Shown here one piece after another: positions 30,878 through 43,600 of a stretch of DNA of 64,000 nt. The stretch is taken from NCBI GenBank assembly GCA_964016885.1, contig OZ024740.1:118048001-118112000 (forward strand), written 5' to 3'. Numbering within the stretch: the first letter of the stretch is position 1; each line of letters opens with the position of its first letter. The position numbers and the translations under genes are program-made. The DNA is from Eledone cirrhosa. Lineage: Eukaryota. Below the pieces are notes generated by a model. It was not told the DNA's origin, made no database searches, and saw only the letters and a program-made list of their open reading frames with translations.

Positions 30878-30922
30878 AATATTGCTGATGAGTTGTAACA
30901 ACAACGAAACTAGTTCAATATT
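30878..30922 (+). ncRNA. Minimal type I hammerhead ribozyme
   Basis: AATATTG-CTGATGA-GTTGT(aaca)ACAAC-GAAA-CTAG-TT/CAATATT. Confidence 0.85.
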
Positions 30923-31343
30923 CCTTGTCTGGCTTTCTGGAGAATAGAGGAAAGGTGTTTCCTCAAAAACCAGTATGACTCTAAAAACCGGTTTGTCTGT
31001 GTGTTTACATACAGAATAGCTGGACACTCACAGTAAAGTGACCAGTGAAAAACTCTGTACATCTACATATGTATACGTGTGTGTATTCATATGCATACTA
31101 GTATTTCAGTATACATATGTGGATGTACATTTTTAACTTAATTGTTTAAGCGTCAGTCATACAAAAGTGAGTTACAACCGAAACGAAATTTAATTTCGTT
31201 TCGTTATTTGTTTTTATCCTCTCCGTTGAACCGGTACGTACTCACGCTCTATGCAAATTAGTCTGCCCACTACTAATTTTCATAGAAAAAGCATATAACG
31301 ATATGTGCTTTTACGATTCTCTAGAAAGGCCGGAAGATAGGTA

Positions 31344-31388
31344 AATATTGCTGATGAGTTGTAACAACAACGAAACTAGTTCAATATT
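31344..31388 (+). ncRNA. Minimal type I hammerhead ribozyme (second tandem copy)
   Basis: Identical to 30878-30922. Confidence 0.85.
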
Positions 31389-31609
31389 CCTTGTCTGGCT
31401 TTCTGGAGAATAGAGGAAAGGTGTTTCCTGAAAAACCAGTATGACTCTAAAAACCGGTTTGTCTGTGTGTTTACATACAGAATAGCTGGACACTCACAGT
31501 AAAGTGACCAGTGAAAAACTCGGTACATCTACATATGTATACGTGTGTGTATTCATATGCATACTAGTATTTCAGTATACATATGTGGATGTACATTTTT
31601 AACTTAATT

Positions 31610-32070
<461 letters not shown>

Positions 32071-33426
32071 TAAGTATGTATACGTACATACATATATGTA
32101 TACAGACGTATAGTAGTATGTATATATATATACATACATGGACACAAATATATATATATGCATGGACGTATCCATTCACCTAAGATTTATTATAATGCTC
32201 GGTGTGTTTGTAAACAAACATCCCGAATTAAGCCGTACAGTGTCTAGCAACCATCGTTGCTCATTTGTTCAACACTGACAAAGGAACGCTGTACTAGTTT
32301 CAAGTTTATTAGCAATCGTCAGCAACGTATATCTTCCTGCCAGATGGTTGAACGTCTGAAAGTGTATACTTTCCTTATGCATATTAAGGGCTCAGCAGCC
32401 TAATTTGCATATCAAGTGAGCTAATCGGCTGGGGTAACGAAAACGATAAACGGAAATAATGAAACGAAATTTCATTTCTCACTCTTAGTACGGCTGTTAC
32501 TTAAATATAGGTATGTATACGTACATACATATATGTATTCAGACGTATAGTCGTATGCATATATATACATATATACACACATATATATTTATGTACGTAT
32601 GGATTCACCGAAAATATATTATAATGCTATGTGTGTTTGTAAACAAACATCCCGAATTAAGTCGTACAGTGTCTAGCAACCATCGTTGCTCATTTGTTCA
32701 ACACTGATAAAGGAACGCTGTTTCCAGCTTATTAGCTATCGTCAGCAACGTATACCTTCCTACCAGATGGTTGAACGTCTGAAAGTATATACATTCTTCA
32801 TGCATATTAACGGCTGAGCAGCAAGATTTGCATATCGAGTAAGATAATTGGCCGGCGTACCGGAAAGGATAAACGGAAAAAATGAAACGAAATTTCATCT
32901 CTCACTCTTAGTACGGCTGTTACATAAATATAAGTATGTATACGTACATACATATATGTATTCAGACGTATAGTCGTATGCATATATATACATATATGCA
33001 CACATATATATTTATGTATGTATGGATTCACCGAACATTTATTATAATTCTCGGTGTGTTTGTAAACAAACAACCCGAATTAAGCAGTACAGTGTCTAGC
33101 AACCATCGTTGCTCATTTGTTCAACACTGACAGAGGAATGCTGTAGTAGTTCCAAGCTTATTAGCTATAGTCAGCAACGTATACCTTCCTACCAGATGGT
33201 TGAACGTCTGAAAGTATATACTTTCTTTATGCATATTAACGGCTGAGCAGCCTAATTTGCATATCAAGTGACTTAATCGGCCGGGCTACCGAAAACGATA
33301 AACGGAAAAATGAAACGAAATTTCATTTCTCACACTTAGTACGGCTGTTACTTATAAAAAAGTATGTATACGTACACACATATATGTATACAGACGTACA
33401 GTCGTATGTATATATATACATACATG

Positions 33427-33509
<83 letters not shown>

Positions 33510-34375
33510 GTATGGATTCACCGAACATTTATTATAATGCTCGGTGTGTTTGTAAACAAACATCCCGAATTAAGCCGTACAGTGTCTAGCAACCATCGTT
33601 GCTCATTTGTTAAACACTGACAAAGGAACGCTGTAATAGTTTCAAGATTATTAGCTATCGTCAGCAACGTATACCTTCCTGCCAGATTGTTGAACGTCTG
33701 AAAGCATATACTTTCTTTATGCATATTAACGTCTTAGCAGCAAAATTTGCATATCGAGTAAGATAATCAGCTGGCGTACCGAAAACGATAAACGGAAAAA
33801 ATGAAACAAAAGTTCATCTCTCACTCTTAGTACGGCTGTTACGTAAATATAAGTATGTATACGTACATACATGTATGTATACAGACGTACACTAGTATGT
33901 ATATATATACATTCATGCACACACATATATATATATGTACGTATGTATACACCGAACATTTATTATAATCCTCGGTGTGTTTGTAAACAAACATGCCGAA
34001 TAAAGCCGTACAGTGTCTAGCAACCATCGTTGCTCATTTGTTCAACACTGACAAAGGAACGCTGTACTAGTTTCAAGCTTATTAACTATGGTCAGCAAGG
34101 TATATCTTCCTGCCAGATGGTTGAACGTCTGAAAGTATATACATTCCTCATGCATATTAACGGCTGAGAAGCCTAATTTGCATATCGAGTGAGTTAATCG
34201 GCCGGGGTACCGCCAACGATAAACGGAGAAGATGAAACGAAATTTCATTTCTCAATCTTAGTACGGCTGTTACTTAAATATAAGTATGTATACGTACATA
34301 CATATATGTATACAGACGTACAGTAGTATGTATATATATACATACATGCACAGGTATATATATATATATATATAT

Positions 34376-34801
34376 AACGATAAATTAACGGAGGCATAGG
34401 CCGTCGTTATTCCCTGTAAATAATGTGCTCAAAGGGGAAGAGATCCTGAGCCCTTTAATATATAATATGTTGAGAAGGTAACACACCAGAGAGAGATATA
34501 TAGTGCGTTATCAATAATACAGGGAAAAAAACCCACCAGTGTATGGAATCTATATCCTATGGAAGGCAGACTATAGACACGATAATTAAAAATATAATTC
34601 AAAGCGTAAATAAATACCTCTATAACTATATAACTATATATAGTTATAGAGGTATTTATTTACGCTTTAATTTATATTTTTAATTATCGTGTCTATAGTC
34701 TGCCTTTCATAGGTTATAGATTCCATACACTGGTGGGTTTTTTCCCTGTATTATTGATAACGCACTATATATATCTCTCTCTGATGTGTTACCTTCTCAA
34801 C

Positions 34802-34810
<9 letters not shown>
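34376..34810. mobile_element. Unrelated fold-back insertion within the (TA)n tract of one satellite monomer
   Basis: Unique ~80-bp leader, then ~175-bp inverted arms (34459-34632 vs 34640-34810), with (TA)n on both sides. Confidence 0.8.
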
Positions 34811-34864
<54 letters not shown>

Positions 34865-36141
34865 GATTGGATTCACCGAACATTTATTATAAGGCTTGGT
34901 GTGTTTGTAAACAAACATCCCGATTTAAGCCGTACAGTGTCTCGCAACCATCGTTTCTCATTTGATCAACACTGACAAAGGAACGCTTTACTAGTTTCAA
35001 ACTTATTAGCTATCGTCAGCAACATATATCTTCCTGCCAGATGGTTTAACGTCTGAAAGCATATACTTTCCTTATGCATATTAACGGCTGAGCAGCCTAA
35101 TTTGCATATCGAGTGTGTTAATCGGCCGGGGTACCGCAAACGATAAAGGGAAAAAATGAAACGAAGTTTCATTTCTCACTCTTAATACGGCTGTTACTTA
35201 AATATAAGTATGTATACGTACATACATATATGTATACAGATGTACAGTAGTATGTATATATATACATACATGCACATAGATATATATATATGTACGTATG
35301 GATTCACCGAACATTTATTATAATGCCCGGTGTGTTTGTAAACAAACATCCCGAAATAAGCCGTACAGTGTTTAGCAACCATCGTTACTCATTTGTTCAA
35401 CACTGTCAAAGGAACGCTTTACTAGTTTCAAGCTTATTAGCTATCGTCAGCAACGTATACCTTCCTGTCAGATTGTTGAACGTCTGAAACCATATACTTT
35501 CTTTATGCATATTAACGTCTTAGCAGCAAAATTTGCATATCGAGTAAGATAATCAGCTGGCGTACCGAAAACTATAAACGGAAAAAAATGAAACAAAAGT
35601 TCATCTCTCACTCTTAGTACGGCTGTTACTTAAATATAAGTATGTATACGTACATACATATATGTATAGAGACGTACACAAGTATGTATATATATACATT
35701 CATGCACATATATACATATATATGTACGTATGGATTCACCGAACATTTATCGTAATTCTCGGTGTGTTTGTGAAAAACATCCCGAATTAAGCCGTACAGT
35801 GTCTAGCAACCATTGTTGCTCATTTGTTCAACACTGACAAAGGAAAGCTGTACTAGTTTCAAGCTTATTAACTATCGTCAGCAAGGTATACCGTCCTGCT
35901 AGATGGTTGAACGTCTGAAAGTATATACATTCCTCATGCATATTAACGTCTGAGTAGCCTAATTTGCATATCGAGTGAGTTAAACGGCCGGGGTACCGCC
36001 AACGATAAACGGAGAAGATGAAACGAAATTTCATTTCTCAATCTTAGTACGGCTGTTACTTAAATATAAGTATGTATACGTACATACATATATGCATACA
36101 GAAGTACAGTAGTATGTATATATATACTTACGTGCACATAA

Positions 36142-36176
<35 letters not shown>

Positions 36177-36199
36177 TACATGTATGTATATATATATAT

Positions 36200-36269
<70 letters not shown>

Positions 36270-36275
36270 ATATAT

Positions 36276-36361
<86 letters not shown>

Positions 36362-36571
36362 ATGTGCACGTATGTATATATATACATACTACTGTACTTC
36401 TGTATACATATATGTATGTACGTATACACACATATATTTAAGTAACAGCCGTACTAAGATTGAGAAATGTAATTTCGTTTCATCTTCTGCGTTTATCGTT
36501 GACGGTACCCCGGCCGTTTAACTCACTCGATATGCAAATTAGGCTACTCAGTCGTTAATATGCATGAGGAA

Positions 36572-36664
<93 letters not shown>

Positions 36665-37642
36665 GTACGTTTGGATGGATTCACCGAACATTTATTATAC
36701 TGCTCGGTGTGTTTCTAAACGAACATCCCGAATTAAGCGGTACAATCTCTAGCAACCATCGTTGCTCATTTGTTCAACACTGACAAAGGAACGCTCTAGT
36801 AGTTTCAAGCTTATTAGCTATCGTCAGCAACGTATACCTTCCTACCAGATGGTTGAACGTCTGAAAGTATATACTTTCCTTATGCATATTAACTGCTGAG
36901 CAGCCTAATTTGCATATCGAGTGAGTTAATCGGCCGGGGTACCGAAAAACATAAACGGAAAAAATGAAACGAAATTTCATTTCTCACTCTTAGTACGGCT
37001 GTTACTTAAATATAAGTATATATACGTACATACATATATGTATACAGACGTACAGTAGTATGTATATATATACATACATGCACACATATATATATATATG
37101 TACGTATGGATTCACCGAACATTTAATATAATGCTCTGTGTGTTTGTAAACAAACATCCCGAATTAAGCGGTACAATCTCTAGCAACCATCGTTGCTCAT
37201 TTGTTCAACACTGACAAAGGAACGCTCTAGTAGTTTCAAGCTTATTAGCTATCGTCAGCAACGTATACCTTCCTACCAGATGGTTGAACGTCTGAAAGTA
37301 TATACTTTCCTTATGCATATTAACTGCTGAGCAGTCTAATTTGCATATCAAGTGAGTTAATCGGCCGGGGTACCGAAAAACATAAACGGAAAAAATGAAA
37401 CGAAATTTCATTTCTCACTCTTAGTACGGCTGTTACTTATAAAAAAGTATGTGTGCGTACACACATATATGTATACAAACGTACAGTCGTATGTATATAT
37501 ATACATACATGCACACATATATATGTACGTATGTATTCACCGAACATTTATTATAATGCTCGGTGTGTTTGTAAACAAAAATCCCGAATTAAGCCGTACA
37601 GTGTCTAGCAACCATCGTTGCTGATTTGTTAAACACTGACAA

Positions 37643-37699
37643 AGGAACGCTGTACTAGTTTCAAGCTTATTAGCTATCGTCAGCAACGTATACCTTCCT
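37643..37699 (-). ncRNA. Exemplar satellite hammerhead ribozyme (one of ~35)
   Basis: Minus strand: AGGA-aggtat-ACGTTG-CTGACGA-T-AGCT(aata)AGCT-T-GAAA-CTAG-TA/CAGCGT-TCCT. Predicted cleavage after GUA, between plus positions 37653 and 37652. Confidence 0.8.
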
Positions 37700-40600
37700 A
37701 CCAGATGGTTTAACGTCTGAAAGTATATACCTTCCTTATGCATATTTACGGCGGAGCAGCCTAATTTGCATATCTAGTGAGTTAATCGGCCGGGGTACCA
37801 AAACGATAAACGGAAAGATGAAACGAAATTTCATTTCTCACTCTTAGTACGGCTGGTACTTAAATATATGTATGTATACGTACATACATATATGTATAAC
37901 AGACGTACAGTAGTATGTATATATATACATACATGCACACATATATATATATATGTACGTATGGATTCACCGAACATTTATTATAATCCTCGATGTGTTT
38001 GTAAACAAACATCCCGAATTAAGCGGAACAATGTCTAGCAACCATCGTTGCTCATTTGTTCAATACTGACAAAGGAACGCTGTAGTAGTTTCAAGCTTAT
38101 TAGCTATCGTCAGCAACGTATACCTTCCTGCCAGATTGTTGAACGTCTGAAAGCATATACTTTCTTTATGCATATTAACGTCTTAGCAGCAACATTTGCA
38201 TATCGAGTAAGATAATCAGCCGGCATACCGGAAACGATAAACGGTAAAAATTAAACAAAATTTCATCTCTTACACTTAGTACGGCTGTTACTTAAATATA
38301 AGTATGTATACGTACATACATATATGTATACAGACGTACACTAGTATGTATATATATACATTCTTGCACACATATATATATATATATGTACGTATGGATT
38401 CACCGAACATTTATTATAATGCTCGGTGAGTTTGTAAACAAACATCCCGAATAAAGCCGTACGGTGTCTAGCAACGATCGTTGCTCATTTGTTCAACACT
38501 GACAAAGGAACGCTGTACTAGTTTCAAGCTTATTAGCTATCGTCAGCAACGAATACCCTGCTGCCAGATGGTTGAACATCTGAATATATATACTTTCCTT
38601 ATGCATATTAACGGCTCAGCAGCTTAATTTGCATATAGACTGAGTTAATCGGCCTGGGTACCGAAAACGATAAACGGAAAAAATGAATCGAGATTTCATA
38701 TCTCACTCTTTGTACGGCTGTTACTTTAATATAAGTAGGTATACGTACATACATATATGTATAACAGACGTACAGTCGTATGTGTATATATACATACATG
38801 CACACATATATATTTATGTACGTATGGATTCACCGAACATTTATTATTATACACGGTGTGTTTGTATACAAACATCCCGAATTAAGCCGTACAGTGTCTA
38901 GCAACCATCGTTGCTCATTTGTTCAACACTGACAAAGGAACACTGTACTAGTTTCAAGCTTATTAGCTATCGTCAGCAACGAATACCCTGCTGCCAGATG
39001 GTTGAACATCTTAAGTATATACTTTCCTTATGCATATTAACGGATGAGCAGCCTAATTTGCATATCTAGTGAGTTAATCGGCCGGGGTACCGAAAACGAT
39101 AAACGGAAAAAATGAAACGAAATTTCATTTCTCACTCTTAGTACGGGTGGTACTTAAATATATATATGTATACGTACATATATATATGTATACAGAAGTA
39201 CAGTAGTATGTATATATATACATACATTCACACATATACATATATATATATATATATGTACGTTTGGATTCACCGAACATTTATTATAAACCACGGTGTG
39301 TTTGTAAACAAACATCCCGAATTAAGCCGTACAGTGTCTACCAACCATCGGTGCTCATTTGTTCAACACTGACAAAGGAACGCTGTACTAGTTTCAAGCT
39401 TATTAGCTATCGTCAGCAACGAATACTCTGCTGCCAGATGGTTGAACATCTGAATATATATACTTTACTTATGCATATTAACGGCTGAGCAGCTTAATTT
39501 GCATATAGACTGAGTTAATCGGCCTGGGTACCGAAAACGATAAACGGAAAAAATGAAACGAAATTACATTTCTCACTTTTTGTACGGCTGTTACTTAAAT
39601 ATAAGTAGGTATACGTACATACATATATGTATAACAAACGTACAGTCGTATGTATATATATACATACATGCACACATATATATATATGTACGTATGGATT
39701 CACCGAACATTTATTATAAAGCACGGTGTGTTTGTATACAAACATCCCGAATTAAGCCGTACTGTGTCTCGAAACCATCGTTGATCATTTGTTCAACATT
39801 GACAAAGGAACGCTGTAGTAGTTTCAAGCTTATTAGCTATCGTCAGCAACGTATACCTTCCTACCAGATGGTTGAACGTCTGAAAGTATATACTTTCCTT
39901 ATGCATATTAACTGCTGAGCAGCCTAATTTGCATATCGAGTGAGTTAATCGGCCGGGGTACCGAAAAACATAAACGGAAAAAATGAAACGAAATTTCATT
40001 TCTCACTCTTAGTACGGCTGTTACTTAAATATAAGTATATATACGTACATACATATATGTATACAGACGTACAGTAGTATGTATATATATACATACATGC
40101 ACACATATATATATATATGTACGTATGGATTCACCGAACATTTAATATAATGCTCTGTGTGTTTGTAAACAAACATCCCGAATTAAGCGGTACAATCTCT
40201 AGCAACCATCGTTGCTCATTTGTTCAACACTGACAAAGGAACGCTCTAGTAGTTTCAAGCTTATTAGCTATCGTCAGCAACGTATACCTTCCTACCAGAT
40301 GGTTGAACGTCTGAAAGTATATACTTTCCTTATGCATATTAACTGCTGAGCAGTCTAATTTGCATATCAAGTGAGTTAATCGGCCGGGGTACCGAAAAAC
40401 ATAAACGGAAAAAATGAAACGAAATTTCATTTCTCACTCTTAGTACGGCTGTTACTTATAAAAAAGTATGTGTGCGTACACACATATATGTATACAAACG
40501 TACAGTCGTATGTATATATATACATACATGCACACATATATATGTACGTATGTATTCACCGAACATTTATTATAATGCTCGGTGTGTTTGTAAACAAAAA

Positions 40601-43600
40601 TCCCGAATTAAGCCGTACAGTGTCTAGCAACCATCGTTGCTGATTTGTTAAACACTGACAAAGGAACGCTGTACTAGTTTCAAGCTTATTAGCTATCGTC
40701 AGCAACGTATACCTTCCTACCAGATGGTTTAACGTCTGAAAGTATATACCTTCCTTATGCATATTTACGGCGGAGCAGCCTAATTTGCATATCTAGTGAG
40801 TTAATCGGCCGGGGTACCAAAACGATAAACGGAAAGATGAAACGAAATTTCATTTCTCACTCTTAGTACGGCTGGTACTTAAATATATGTATGTATACGT
40901 ACATACATATATGTATAACAGACGTACAGTAGTATGTATATATATACATACATGCACACATATATATATATATATGTACGTATGGATTCACCGAACATTT
41001 ATTATAATCCTCGATGTGTTTGTAAACAAACATCCCGAATTAAGCGGAACAATGTCTAGCAACCATCGTTGCTCATTTGTTCAATACTGACAAAGGAACG
41101 CTGTAGTAGTTTCAAGCTTATTAGCTATCGTCAGCAACGTATACCTTCCTGCCAGATTGTTGAACGTCTGAAAGCATATACTTTCTTTATGCATATTAAC
41201 GTCTTAGCAGCAACATTTGCATATCGAGTAAGATAATCAGCCGGCATACCGGAAACGATAAACGGTAAAAATTAAACAAAATTTCATCTCTTACACTTAG
41301 TACGGCTGTTACTTAAATATAAGTATGTATACGTACATACATATATGTATACAGACGTACACTAGTATGTATATATATACATTCTTGCACACATATATAT
41401 ATATATATGTACGTATGGATTCACCGAACATTTATTATAATGCTCGGTGAGTTTGTAAACAAACATCCCGAATAAAGCCGTACGGTGTCTAGCAACGATC
41501 GTTGCTCATTTGTTCAACACTGACAAAGGAACGCTGTACTAGTTTCAAGCTTATTAGCTATCGTCAGCAACGAATACCCTGCTGCCAGATGGTTGAACAT
41601 CTGAATATATATACTTTCCTTATGCATATTAACGGCTCAGCAGCTTAATTTGCATATAGACTGAGCTAATCGGCCTGGGTACCGAAAACGATAAACGGAA
41701 AAAATGAATCGAGATTTCATATCTCACTCTTTGTACGGCTGTTACTTTAATATAAGTAGGTATACGTACATACATATATGTATAACAGACGTACAGTCGT
41801 ATGTGTATATATACATACATGCACACATATATATTTATGTACGTATGGATTCACCGAACATTTATTATTATACACGGTGTGTTTGTATACAAACATCCCG
41901 AATTAAGCCGTACAGTGTCTAGCAACCATCGTTGCTCATTTGTTCAACACTGACAAAGGAACACTGTACTAGTTTCAAGCTTATTAGCTATCGTCAGCAA
42001 CGAATACCCTGCTGCCAGATGGTTGAACATCTTAAGTATATACTTTCCTTATGCATATTAACGGATGAGCAGCCTAATTTGCATATCTAGTGAGTTAATC
42101 GGCCGGGGTACCGAAAACGATAAACGGAAAAAATGAAACGAAATTTCATTTCTCACTCTTAGTACGGGTGGTACTTAAATATATATATGTATACGTACAT
42201 ATATATATGTATACAGAAGTACAGTAGTATGTATATATATACATACATGCACACATATACATATATATATATATATATGTACGTTTGGATTCACCGAACA
42301 TTTATTATAAACCACGGTGTGTTTGTAAACAAACATCCCGAATTAAGCCGTACAGTGTCTACCAACCATCGGTGCTCATTTGTTCAACACTGACAAAGGA
42401 ACGCTGTACTAGTTTCAAGCTTATTAGCTATCGTCAGCAACGAATACTCTGCTGCCAGATGGTTGAACATCTGAATATATATACTTTACTTATGCATATT
42501 AACGGCTGAGCAGCTTAATTTGCATATAGACTGAGTTAATCGGCCTGGGTACCGAAAACGATAAACGGAAAAAATGAAACGAAATTACATTTCTCACTTT
42601 TTGTACGGCTGTTACTTAAATATAAGTAGGTATACGTACATACATATATGTATAACAAACGTACAGTCGTATGTATATATATACATACATGCACACATAT
42701 ATATATATGTACGTATGGATTCACCGAACATTTATTATAAAGCACGGTGTGTTTGTATACAAACATCCCGAATTAAGCCGTACTGTGTCTCGAAACCATC
42801 GTTGATCATTTGTTCAACATTGACAAAGGAACGCTGTAGTAGTTTCAAGCTTATTAGCTATCGTCAGCAACGTATACCTTCCTGCCAGATGGTTGAACGT
42901 CTGAAAGTATATACTTTCCTTATGCATATTAACGGCTGAGCAGCCTAATTTGCATATCGAGTTTGTTAATCGGCCGGGGTACCGCAAATCATAAAGAGAA
43001 AAAATGATACGAAATTTCCTTTCTCACTCTTAGTACGGCTGTTACTTAAATATAAGTATGTATACGTACATACATGTATGTATACAGACGTACACTAGTA
43101 TGTATATATATACATTCATGCACACACATATATATATGTAAGTACGGATCCACCGAACATTTATATTATAACGTTCGGTGAGTTTGTAAACAAACATCCC
43201 GAATTAAGCCGTACAGTGTCTAGCAACCATCTTTGTTCATTTGTTCAACACTGACAAAGGAACGCTGTACTAGTTTCAAGCTTATTATCTATCGTGAGCA
43301 ACGTATACCTTCCTGCCAGATTGTTGAACGTCTGAAAGTATATACTTTCTTTATGCATATTATCGGTTGAGCAGCCAAATTTGCATATCAAGTAAGTTAA
43401 TCGGCCGGGGTACAGAAAACGATAAAAGGAAAAAATGAAACGAAATTTCATTTCTCTCTCTGAGTACAGCTGTTACTTAAATATAAGTATGTATACGTAT
43501 ATACATATATGTATTCAGACGTACAGTCGGTTGTATATATATACATATATGCACACATATATATACATGAACGTATGGATTCACCGAACATTTACTATAA

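Noticed and set aside
34468-34530. TTGAGAA followed by a stem (possible U3-A8 hammerhead)
   Set aside because: No GAAA directly after the stem and no closing stem I
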